Source: Felis catus
Lineage: Eukaryota
Reading direction: 5' to 3'
DNA: 64,000 nt
NCBI RefSeq assembly: GCF_018350175.1
Contig: NC_058368.1
Location: 62,436,001-62,500,000, forward strand
The notes under the pieces were generated by a model. It saw nothing but the letters and a program-made list of their open reading frames with translations, did not search any database and had not been told where the DNA came from. Position numbers and translations under genes: made by a program. Positions 38,086 to 49,571 of the stretch are shown here, piece by piece. The stretch's first letter is position 1. The number at the start of each line of letters is the position of its first letter.

Positions 38086-40289
38086 AAGTAAAAAGGATAT
38101 GTACATTTTTGAGAATGTACCAAAGATTTAACAGCAGACTAACTGGTTGTAATGTTATAAAAGTGTAGTAGAAAAAAAAAAAAGACTAGCCTGAATTTCT
38201 CCATCAATTTCTCATATATTTATCTAACAAGGATTCTTTCTGGAAATATTGATTGTGTCTTGATCCAGAATTTTAAAAGAGTGATAAGAAATCACCTCTG
38301 TAAGATGTCACTAAACCAATCATCCATCATGGGATGGATGGTTGGGAAGAGTTACAATAAACTGAATCTAAAACTTTATCTCCTGCTACTGCTTAAAACA
38401 TATATGTGTAAGTGGGTCACATTTTCTTAGGGCGTAAATTATTGGTACATCACTGAGCATTCTCCAAATGGCACATGTGTTGCTTAAATGGCAATCATTT
38501 ATAGATTTTTTTTGGCCTAGTCAGCTTTACTTAGCACACCATGTGATCTATTCTTTGAATTTGTGTGAACAGTCACAGAGTTTCATAATATCCAATGATG
38601 ATTCTAATGGAAAGCAATTAAAATTATTGCCCTGTTTGTATGTACTTTCAAATGTCGCTATCAATTTTTAAGGGATTTGTGTATATCTTGTCATTTATTT
38701 GTAATATGTTAGCAGAATGTGTTTTTACTTTTTGTTATCACATATTTTCCTTTGAGAAGGAAATAGCATTTTTATTTTATATATATATATCCATTTGCTG
38801 CTAGCATGCTTAGTGATTCTTTGCAACAAAAGAGAAACTTTAATTCTTGAGTTTCATTTTTGTGTATTCAGATTTTATTTATGGTACATTAACCATAAAT
38901 AATCTAAACTGTAAAACCTTTTTTTGTTTTTTTAACAAGAATTTTTTGGGTAAATTTTCAAAAAATTCTATTGAGAAATTCCAAATTTTAGTCATTTTCT
39001 CTATCAGAATGGTTATTTTCCATAAAACATATATTTTCATTTATCTCAATTCTTCTGTTAACATGAAATTTCTAGGGGTATTTAGATTTATTATATTTAT
39101 TTGTTTGATATAAAATCTTCACTAAAAACTTTATATTTAAGGTTTACTACAAGGTATGCTTACATTCTCTGAATAATTCCTAAAATTTTATGATTATCTA
39201 CTCTCTGTTCAAGTGGAAAATGGACTCTTCAATAGAACAGGTTACATGTTATGTCATTCTTACCTTCAGGTTAATCATATGATGGAGAGCTATTTTTTTA
39301 TGGAATCCAGTGTCAGGAAGTCTCATTTCATATAGATATATGCTGAGAGTCCAACTCGGCCCTTCTGATTCCTGAAGACACTGTGCCACGTTGCCTTCTT
39401 GCGAATGGTCTCCCAGCACATAGCATATCATTTGAAAAATATGCCCGTTTTTTGCATGAAATTTTATTAAATTTCATTATGGGCATATACCCCTCACATA
39501 TAGCACTCTTATAATCAAAAGGCTGCTATAGTTTAGGAATGACATTGACTGCTTTCTATTGATTTTCTTTTCAAATGTGCACACTGAGCTATAGAGATTA
39601 CAGAAGGTATTAGAGAGAGTACAAGCATTTATCATAGTAATAAAAGATCGAAAATGTTATAGTCTCATTGTATAATTCTAAGCCCAAGGTCTCCTCTTAA
39701 GTTTGGCATCATATGAGATATGGATACATAAATTCTACAAATCAGGCATTCTTTCATCACAGGAAGACCCTTGTTTGTCTTTCCCTATTAATCTTGTCCC
39801 ACTTACTTTCTAACTTCTAGGAATGACATGGCACCCATGTTTATTTTAAGGTGCTATTATTTCATTCCTTCTCTAGAGAATTCATCCTCTCCTTCTGTCA
39901 GAAGGCACTTAAGAATGAAAAAGAGTGCTATTAGACTCCATTTTAAACCAGAAACCTTTTGTAATTTTTGAAATGATCTGTTTTCTTTTGTTAGTCTTAG
40001 GTGATACATAATATAAATGGAAAACTCAATTTAAGGGAAGATTGCTACTCTCTGATGTGAGTGAATGCTCAAGTGATTGCTACTCACTTTTCAGTGATAA
40101 AAATACAGCTATATTTATAGCAAAAGAAACCAAACCAAACAAAGAAACAAACAAACAAAAAACCACAACAGGTTATTGTGTGGGATGGAAGCTGGGGCAG
40201 ATGCTACAGATCATGATGGAATGACCATGGTGGTAGTATGGAGGTGATGAGCAGTGTGGACTGTGATCTTTTTAAAGGTAGAACAGGAC

Positions 40290-40479
40290 TTGCTAATAGT
40301 CTGCATAAGTATCTAAAAATCTCTTTAAGATCCTGCTTTTAGTTATTTTGGCTATATACCCAGAAATGACATTGATGGGCATTATGGTAATCTTAGTTTT
40401 AACTTTCTTAAGAACCACCATATGCTTTCCATAATAGCTGTACCATTTTACATTCTCATTAAATGTGCACAAGGTTTCC
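40290..40479 (-). mobile_element. Old L1 (MA/MB-like) ORF2 3' fragment
   Basis: ttttggctatatacccagaaatg...aagaaccaccatatgctttccataatagctgtaccattttacattc is antisense L1. Confidence 0.8.
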
Positions 40480-41147
40480 CTGAGATGCAATTTTGAATGT
40501 TTGCCATGATGGCAAGGATGAATGAAGCAAAGCAGTGAATCAGTGATATAGGAGATAAAATTATGGAAAATGACGAAGCTGAAAAGAAGAGGGATACAAA
40601 GGCCAAAGATCATGATACAAGACTTAGAGAATTCAGAGACTTATTAAAGAGGAATAACATTCATATAATAGGAGTTCCAGAAGATGAAGAGAGAAAAAAA
40701 AGGCAGAAGGTTTATGTGAGCAAATTACAGCTGAAAACTTCCCTAATCTGACGAAGGACATAAGACATCAGAATCCATGAAGCACAGAGAGCTCCCATTA
40801 ATTTCAACAAAAGCCAACCATTCCAAGGTATATCATATTCAAATTCACAAAATACACAGACAATGAAAGAGTTGTGAAAGCAGCAAAGGAAAAAAGTCTT
40901 TAACCTTCACGGAAGACAGATCAGGTTCAAGCATAATTGTCCACAAAACTTGGCAGGTCAGAAAAGAGTGGCAGTATATATTCAACATGCTGAATGGTAA
41001 AAATATGCAGCCAAGAATTCTTTATCCAGCAAGGCTGTCCTTCAAAATAGAAGGAGAGATAGAGTTTCCCACACAAACAGAAACTGAAGGAGTTTGTGAC
41101 CATTAAACCAACTCTTCAAGAAATTTTAAGGGGGATTCTTTGGAGGG

Positions 41148-41189
41148 AAAACAAACAAACAAACAAACAAACAAACAAACAAACAAACA
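41148..41189. repeat. (AAAC)n microsatellite in the L1 inter-ORF region
   Basis: About 10 perfect AAAC units. Confidence 0.95.
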
Positions 41190-42129
41190 GAAAAAGACCA
41201 AAGGCAGCAAAGACTAAAAGGGTCCAGAGAACATTACCAGAAACACTAATTTTACAGCCAACACAATGGCACTAAATTCATATCTTTCAATAATCACTCT
41301 GAATGTAAATAGACTAAATGCTCTAATCTAAAGCCACAGGGTATCAGAATGAATAAAGGAAGAAGATCCATCCATATTCTGCCTAAAGATACTGTAGATT
41401 GAAAGTGGGGAGATGGAGAAACATTTATCATGCTAAGGGGTGTTAAAAGAAAGCCAAAGTAGTCATACTTACATCAGATAAGCTAGACTTTAAAACAAAG
41501 ACTGTAACAAGAGATGAAGGAAGGCATTATATCATAATGTCTACCCATCAAGATCTAATAATTGTAAATATTTGTGCCTCCAACTTGGAGATACCCCAAT
41601 ACATAAACTAATTAATTTACTATTAATAAAATTAATTATTAATTTATTATTACTTAAATTAATTAAAATTAAATTAAAAAGAAATATAAAGGAACTCATT
41701 GATAATAATACCATAATAGTAGTATTAACATCATACTTACAGCATTGGACAGATCATCTAAGCAGAAACTCCACAAGGAAACAATGGCTTTTAATAACAC
41801 TGGGCCAGATGGTCTTAACGATATATTCAGAATATTTCACCTTAAAGCAGCAGAATATACATTCTTCTCGAGTACACAAGAAAATTCTCCAGAATATGTG
41901 ATTTATGTGACTGGGTCACAAATCAGCCCTCAACAAGTACAAAAAGACTGAGATCATACCATGCATATTTTCACATCACGATGCTATGAAACTTGAAGTC
42001 AACCACAAGAAAAATTTTGGAAAATCCTCAAATACATGGAGGCTAAAGAACATCCCACTAAAGAATGAATGGGTTAAATCGGAATTTAAAGAAAAAATTT
42101 AGAAATACATGGAAGCTAATAAAAATGAT

Positions 42130-42346
42130 GGGGCGCCTGGGTGGCGCAGTCGGTTAAGCGTCCGACTTCAGCCAGGTCACGATCTCGCGGTCCGTGAGTT
42201 CGAACCCACGTCAGGCTCTGGGCTGATGGCTCGGAGCCTGGAGCCTGTTTCCGATTCTGTGTCTCCCGCTCTCTCTGCCCCTCCCCCGTTCATGCTCTGT
42301 CTCTCTCTGTCCCAAAAATAAATAAACGTTGAAAAAAAATTTAAAA
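42130..42346 (+). mobile_element. Young feline Can-SINE nested in L1 ORF2
   Basis: ggggcgcctgggtggcgcagtcggttaagcgtccgacttcagccaggtcacgatctcgcggtccg...; short TSD aaaaatga at 42121-42128 and 42347-42354. Confidence 0.97.
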
Positions 42347-43159
42347 AAAAATGAAAATGCAACAGCCCAAATATTTTGGAATGCAGCAAAGGCAGTCATA
42401 TATTGCAATTCAGGCCTACGTCAAGAAGCAAGAAAGGTCGCAAATACACAATCTAACCTTACACCTAAAGAAGCAAGAAAACAAACAGCAAATAAAGCCT
42501 AAATCCAGCAGAAGAAGGGAAATCATAAAGATTAGAGCAGAAATAGATATAGAAACAAACAACAACAACAACAACAACAAAAAAGCCCCCAAAACCAGTA
42601 GAACAGATTAACGAAACTGAGAGCTCTTTCTTTGAAAGAATAAATAAAATTGATCAACCCCTAGCCACATTTATCAAAAAGAAAACAGAAAGGACTCAAA
42701 TAGATAAAATCACAAATGAAAGAGATCACAGCCAACACCACACAAATACAAACAATTGTAAGAGAATTCTATGAAAAATTATATGCCAACAAACTGGGCA
42801 ATCTGGAAGAAATGGACAAATTCTTAGAAACTTATATACTACCAAAACTGAAACAGGAAGAAATAGAAAATTTGAACAGACACATAATCTGTAAAGAAAT
42901 TGAATCAGTAATTAAGTCTCCCAAGAAACAAGAGTCCTGGGCCAGATGGCCTCCCAGGGGAATTCTACCAGACATTTAAAGAAAAGTTAATACCTATTCT
43001 TCTGAAACTGTTCCAATAAATAGAAATGGAAGGAAATTCATTCTATGAAGCCATCAATACCTTGATTCCAAAACCAGAAAAAGACACCACTAAAAAGGAA
43101 AATTACAGGCCAAATCTCTGATGAACATAGATGCAAAAATTCTCAACAAGATACTAGTA

Positions 43160-44120
43160 TAGTAAGTATGGTTCCTTTATTTCTCTGAAGATACTTATAA
43201 TAGCTGCTTTGAGATCTTTCCCAGCTAAGTATGACATCTAATTCCTCGTAAAGGCAGTTTCTATTGTATTTCCTGTATATAAATCACAATTATCTGTTTT
43301 CTTTATTTCTTTTAACTAGATACTTTAGATAGTATATTGCAGCAAATCTGGATACTCCCCTCCTTTTCTAGGACTGATTGTTGTGTGTTTCTTTATTGAC
43401 TTAGTTGCACTTTTAAAAATAAATTATGTGTCTGCTACAGTGTCCAGCCCCTGAGTTCATTCCTCAGATAGTGCAATCTTGGGCATGAGCTCTGTCAATC
43501 TGGAATGAGAATGGTTTAACTGAGCTCCTTTTAATCATTTCTTTCCCTGATCTGTTACGTTGTCTTTGTCTGCTTCTGGTCATATCACACTTAGTTGTTA
43601 GCTTTCTTGCTGGCTGGTAATTTCTGGCTGATTTCCCTGTTATTTTTGACAGTTCCTTGAGGCATAAATTAATCTATATTAATTCAACTAAATTTGACTC
43701 CTTTATAGGGATGGTTTTTGTTGCTGAGCTCTCTATTCTTATGGCCTCACTCTCCCCCTGGATATATCTCTGAACCACTACTACAGAGATTATCTTGGAT
43801 TTAAACCATTGTTTATAAACAAAGTGCTAGGTAGGAATTGTATCCTTCTACCTGGCTTACCTCTCCTGACATGGAACCTCTATCCTAAAAGCACACTAAG
43901 GTACAGACAGACAATTGAGAATAAATTTTTGCTGTCATAGGCATAAAACCAACACGTATGAGCCATGGATGGGTTGATGAAGGTAGCTCTTAACCTCTTG
44001 CCCACACTCACTTGGAATTTAGACTTCGTAACACAAAACTTGTGGAAGATGAGAAATGCTGGAAGGAATCTTCTCCTGAGAAATTCTGTATACCCTTGTC
44101 TGAAGCTAAGAAAATACATC
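43160..44120 (-). mobile_element. Old L1M 5'-end sequence, antisense
   Basis: tttatttctctgaagatacttataatagctgctttgagatctttcccagctaagtatgacatct...ggcagtttctattg...gcagcaaatctggatact resembles antisense L1M 5' regions. Confidence 0.65.
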
Positions 44121-44435
44121 TTTTTTTCTTTTTAACAGAACTTTTTATTTTTAACTTGTAAAATTTCAATTCCAGTATAATTAACAGTGTTATATTAGTG
44201 TCACGTGTACACTATAGTGATTCAACAAATCTATACATTGCTCAGTGCTCATCATGGTAAGTGTACCCTTTCTGAATCCTCTTCACCTATTTCACCCATC
44301 TCTTCCTACCTCCCTTCTGGTGGCCATCAGTTTGCTATCTATAGCTTAAGAGTCTGCTTTTTTGTTTGTCTCTTTTTTTCTTTGTTCATTTCTTTTGTTT
44401 CTTACAATCCATATGAGTGAAATCATACGGTATTT
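44121..44435 (-). mobile_element. Short carnivore L1 3' end
   Basis: ttccagtataattaacagtgttatattagt...ctcagtgctcatcatggtaagtg...atatgagtgaaatcatacggtattt; degenerate TSD agaaaatacatctt / agaagacacatctt. Confidence 0.88.
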
Positions 44436-44659
44436 GAGAAGACACATCTTAACCACACTTACCAGAGTGGAATGAGGATTGGTTTATTCAAGATCACCCC
44501 TATTTGTCCATATAAGAGATATTCATAAAAATCTTAATGTTTCCATTTATAGCTTGTAAAATTATTTTTACATTGGTAATTTGAGAAATTACATTTATAA
44601 ATTTATATTACACATTTAATAATGATAACAATAATTTAAAATAACAGTATAAAATGTTT

Positions 44660-44982
44660 CTAAGTTCTACGTCTGAAACTAGTATTATACGACATGTTAA
44701 CTAACTGGAATTTAATTTTTTTTTTACTTTTTTTAACGTTTTTTATTTATTTTTGGGACAGAGAGAGACAGAGCATGAACGGGGTAGGGGCAGAGAGAGA
44801 GGGAGACACAGAATCGGAAACAGGCTCCAGGCTCTGAGCCATCAGCCCAGAGCCCGACGCGGGGCTCGAACTCATGACCGCGAGATCGTGACCTGGCTGA
44901 AGTCGGACGCTCAACCGACTGCGCCACCCAGGCGCCCCAACTAACTGGAATTTAAATAAAAACTTGGAAAAAACAAAGAAAA
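44660..44982 (+). mobile_element. Terminal ~80 bp of a carnivore L1 3' UTR, split by a SINE
   Basis: ctaagttctacgtctgaaactagtattatac...gttaactaactggaatttaaataaaaacttggaaaaaa. Confidence 0.8.
44716..44938 (-). mobile_element. Young feline Can-SINE
   Basis: CpG-rich reverse body; perfect 17-bp TSD aactaactggaatttaa at 44699-44715 and 44939-44955. Confidence 0.98.
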
Positions 44983-45039
44983 TCCTTATATAGTGCTTAA
45001 AACTTGGAAGACATAGAACTATAACTCCCAATTTATTAG

Positions 45040-45355
45040 TACATTTCACCCTCACAGCAATTCTATGACATAGGAATTATTATTATCTTTAATTTACATT
45101 AAAAAGCACTGAGGTAAGGAATTCAAGTAACTTACTCACAGCCATGTATACTAAGTCAGCAGGGATTTTATACCTGCAGTCTGTCTCCAGATCAGGTGAT
45201 ATTGATCACTACAATGTTACTTCTGGAATAATAAATACTTAATGAGCATTTGCTCTATGCCAAGTACTGTTCTAAGCACCTTACTTGTATTACTTCATTT
45301 AACCAGCAGAACACTTCCAGAAGCTAGGTACTGTTTTTACCTTCAAATAGAGATA
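45040..45355 (-). mobile_element. Two adjacent MIR relics
   Basis: ccctcacagcaattctatgacataggaattattattatc...cactgagg...aagtaacttactcacagcc and aatgagcatttgctctatgccaagtactgttctaagcaccttac are antisense MIR motifs. Confidence 0.75.
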
Positions 45356-46771
45356 ATAAAAAATTTCTCAGCATGCATTTTTTTCACCAAAATGAAAATC
45401 TTTAACTCTAATTTTATTTCATTATTTTTGCATTAAATGAAACCACCATGCTCTGGGTTAAATTTTCATATCCAAAAGGCCTGGGGGAGGACTGAAGTAA
45501 ACAAAGAAGGGACTTGTGCTAGATAAGTCTAGAGAAGTAGTTGTGATCTAGAAGGTCTGGGTCTTTATAACATAAACCTTTATTTTAAGTGTAAACAAGC
45601 AGCAGACATTGATGGCATGATCTGATTGGTTTCCACCCCACCAAATAATAAAAGCAAAAACAGAGCAAAACAAAATAAAAAAACACCATGACTGCATCAT
45701 GAAGAATGATTGTGACATACATTGTACAAATATAGAGATGATTTTGATGCCTATTACAAAATCCAGGGCAAAGTATGATAGAAATTCAAAGATTTCTTCA
45801 AAGGGACACAGAGCAGGAGACTGATTCAAGAAAAAGTAAAGTCATTACGTTTTAGTAAAGGGTTAGATTTGGAAGTATCTAGGATAAGGGAGAATAAAGT
45901 GTGAAGGATTGTGGTACCTAAAACATTACGGAGGGTTTTTTCCATTCCTAAGTCAGAAAACAATAGAAGTGGCACTGGTTTGAAGGGAAATTCAAAAAAT
46001 CATTCAAAGCATTTGGTACATACTAGACATCAATAGAAATTAATTCCATTTCATAACCTCACATAAGTTTTTTCTTACACAGTGTTGTTTAAAGGAAGAG
46101 AAAAACAGATATTTCTTCTCAAAGTCTTAAAAGAAATTCTAACTTATGGAACAGAAAAAAAAATTTCATAGGTTTTCATAAAATGTACCATAAAGAAGAT
46201 TTATGCCACCTAAATGTTTTACTTTATTCTTCAGAACTCTTTGTTTCATAAACAAAATGTCTTATGACAACAAAAACATTTTCAGTATATTCAAGTCTTC
46301 TACTTCATGCTGTCTGTTGTATTATGGCTTACATACAAAGTATAACGTATTCTACTCAGAGTCATTCTTGACATTTCCAGGATTTATTGTTCAAAAAGCA
46401 TTTCATCAAAATATTTCTACTTTAATTTACCATTCTTTTCCAACCTTGAAATATATTTCTTACCTTAGAGCTCAGGTTATCTCCATTCCAGACATATTTG
46501 AAATTAATGTGTTTTGTTACTATCATATGTACACTCAAACATCTATGGGTTGTTTCCTAAACTAGTTCTTGTTTAATTGATAAATTATGTCCACACAGCT
46601 CATTTATTGTTTTTGATTCCTTAAAGTATTTTGGTAAATGTCAATATTTTATAATTAAGTTTTTACTTTTCTAGAAAAGAGAGAAAAAAAAGAGTGAACA
46701 TAAGAGCAACAGTGAGAAAGAAAATTCATCACATCATCAGGAAAATAACCTTGAATGTATTTCAAAATACA

Positions 46772-46772
<1 letters not shown>

Positions 46773-46811
<39 letters not shown>
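46773..46811. repeat. (TA)n microsatellite
   Basis: Perfect TA run of about 19 units. Confidence 0.95.
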
Positions 46812-46814
<3 letters not shown>

Positions 46815-47270
46815 TTCTGCAAACAGTTTTTTCGGAAGATTATTGCTAATCTTTTCAAGGCAAAAGCACTAAATATTTAATAATATATTTCACAAAGAGT
46901 AAACTTTAATAATATGAATATATCTTTGATTACAATTCATTATTCCTATTGCATTAGCCAAGCAATTTCAACCCATCTATGGTGATATGTGACAAAGTCT
47001 GTAAATACATACTGCACCATTATCTTCAAATCTATTTATCTACTTTAACAAATCGTTTTTATCACTTACTAGTAAAACAGAACTCACTATTCATATTCTT
47101 AAAAATGATTGTAAAATCTAAAATAATGAATGAAGATAGTTTTTTTTTTTTTCTTCTTGCTGGTTAGAAATAGTACAAATTAAGTTATATTCTTTTAAAC
47201 ACAGCTAGGGCTAATGTGTCAAGACTAAATGAAAATATAGCCCACCTGTAAGTAGATCAGAATATTATAA

Positions 47271-47460
47271 CTTGGTGGCTTAGTTGGTTAAGCAACTAAC
47301 TTGATTTCTGCTCAGGTCATGATCTCACAGTTGGTAAGTTTGAATCCTCTGTGGGTCTCTGGGCAACAGGGTGGAGCTTCCTTGGGATTATCTGCCTTCC
47401 TTCCTCTCTGCCCCTCCCCTGAGCTTTTTCTCTCTCTCTTTCAAACTAAATAAATATTTT
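47271..47460 (+). mobile_element. Older Can-SINE
   Basis: ggtggcttagttggttaagc...ctcaggtcatgatctcacag...ctctgcccctcccct, tail. Confidence 0.9.
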
Positions 47461-48100
47461 TTAATGTGATTAATACAAAAATAATTTAGTTAACACTTTG
47501 TAGACATATTCTCTTATTCACTCCTGAACAAGGAGTTGAACATGAACTTAGTATGGACTTGCTAATAATACCAAAAACTGTGGATAATATTAATAAATAT
47601 ATCTAAGGAACAGTAAAAGTTTATAATGTGTAGAGTATTATCTTAAATGCTGCTAGGGATTTTCACACTTAAGTCTTACCACAGTGCATGGATGTAAGCA
47701 TTACTGCTAACCACGTGTTAAAGATAAAAGAGACTGCAGAATAAAATAAATTTCTTCCATTATAGGAAGAAGTGATGTGAAAGCAAAGTCTGTTCCAGAG
47801 TCTGTACTTTCACCTATGATATAAGCCTTGAATATAAGAGCTACAGGTATATATAGCTATATTCAAATGGTTGTTAGTGGTTACTTTTAACAAGTAAAAT
47901 GGAGAAAGTTCTTCAGAAATAGTTTAAAACATAGCAATGATTGTACATTAGGAAAAGGAAAGTCTAGAATCCACTGGAATTTTTCTGTGAGATCTAGTCT
48001 TAAACCATGATTGAAGAAGATTTCTAAATTTTCTCATAACTTCATTGCAATATATAACATTATAATATATGAAAAATCTATTATTAAAAATCTTGCAGGA

Positions 48101-48320
48101 GGGGCGCCTGGGTGGCGCAGTCGATTAAGCCCCCGACTTCAGCCAGGTCACGATCTGGCGGTCCGTGAGTTCGAGCCCCGCATCAGGCTCTGGGCTGATG
48201 GCTCAGAGCCTGGAGCCTGCTTCCGATTCTGTGTCTCCTTCTCTCTCTGCCCCTCCCCCGTTCATGCTCTGTCTCTCTCTGTCTCAAAAATAAATAAATG
48301 TTAAAAAAAAAAATTTTAAA
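48101..48320 (+). mobile_element. Young feline Can-SINE
   Basis: ggggcgcctgggtggcgcagtcg...; perfect 15-bp TSD aaaaatcttgcagga at 48086-48100 and 48321-48335. Confidence 0.98.
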
Positions 48321-48779
48321 AAAAATCTTGCAGGAAGTTAGCAGCTTAATACTATACGAAGATTTTCAGGATTCCACAAATGTTTATATGTATTTTTGTG
48401 AGTGTTTTAATTATTTAAGTTAAAAAAAGAATACAATGTAATGAGCTGAAAATTTAGGTGGCTGATAAAGTTTGGAAAAATGAAGAGAAAGTAGAAAGTG
48501 TGGTGAAGTTTATAGGGGAGAAAACAAATCTAGGGAAATGCAGTATGACTGCTCACGAACAGATTTATCATTATAAATTTAAAGTGAGATCACTCACTAC
48601 TGTATACTTGTATGTTTTTCTCTGGCCACATTCAGGTTCGGTTCACTGTAGCAGTCACAAAACTAGTGAAGAGTTGATTTAAATAGCATTAGGACGTTGC
48701 TAATCAAGTAAGAAAACCTAACAGAAGAGCAAATTATTTTCAGTTGTATGTAAGATATGTAAGAATGCTTATACAGATT

Positions 48780-49165
48780 CACCATGGAACTTAACCTGAG
48801 TAAACAGGGGTGAGAAGACCATAGGAGAAGAAGAGACTATGAAAATCTGGCAATGTAGAAAAATTGTTGACTTCATGGTAATAGATAGTGAGCAAAAAAT
48901 ACAGGAAATAGTGGTCAGAGAGTGGAGTGTATAAGTTGATACTATACAAGGGTTGCATTTATTGGTATTGCCAAAGTCTGAAAAGAAGTGAACCTGAGGT
49001 ATAATGGACAAGATCACTAGAACAGACAAGTCCAAAGAACTGAAAGCCCTGTGGTTTAGGAGTTTCATCTATGTGTAATTAAAGTACTAAGACTTAAATT
49101 TGAAATAGGTGGAGAAAAAGGGTAGCGAGGTACTTGCTAAAATAATTAAGAAATAAGGAGGATTT
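48780..49165 (-). mobile_element. L2 relic (endonuclease region)
   Basis: atagtggtcagagagtgg...gggttgcatttattggtattgccaaagtct...ggacaagatcact...aagaactgaaagcc matches antisense L2. Confidence 0.72.
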
Positions 49166-49571
49166 GTGAATAATTTCATTGGAAAAATAAAAACCAAAGA
49201 TAGTACAAGTCATTATTATGTAAGATATGGCTGTTTACTAAACATCTCTAATTTTACTGAGAAATGTAAAAACATAAACAATGTTCATGTGTATACTTGT
49301 GGAAAATCAATCATTCATAAATTGTTTTGAGGTTAGAATATAGGTGAATACATTTCTTCTTTTTGCATACAATTATTTAAAATGCTGTACAGTAATTATG
49401 TTTCCAATTATCATAAAAAGGAAACAATATTTGTATCTAACTTTTTTATCTATCTCTTATAAGGTATTTTTTTAAATAGTTTCTTACAGAAAATTGCAAT
49501 TAAATAGAAGTTATTTGGATTTTGGTTGTGATAAAAAATGTAGTTAATAACTTAAGATTTCATAAGATTTT

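Larger units (their letters stand above)
40480..43158 (+). mobile_element. Carnivore L1 internal fragment (3' part of ORF1, spacer, ORF2 EN through start of RT), disrupted
   Basis: ORF1-like MENDEAEKKRDTKAKDHDTRLREFRDLLKRNNIHIIGVPEDEER; ORF2 start ATG at 41266 (MALNSYLSIITLNVN); ...[27 protein letters not shown]; ends abruptly at gatgcaaaaattctcaacaagatactag. Confidence 0.95.

Noticed and set aside
46203..46565. 120-aa ATG-initiated ORF
   Set aside because: AT-biased composition, no homology recognised, no supporting gene structure
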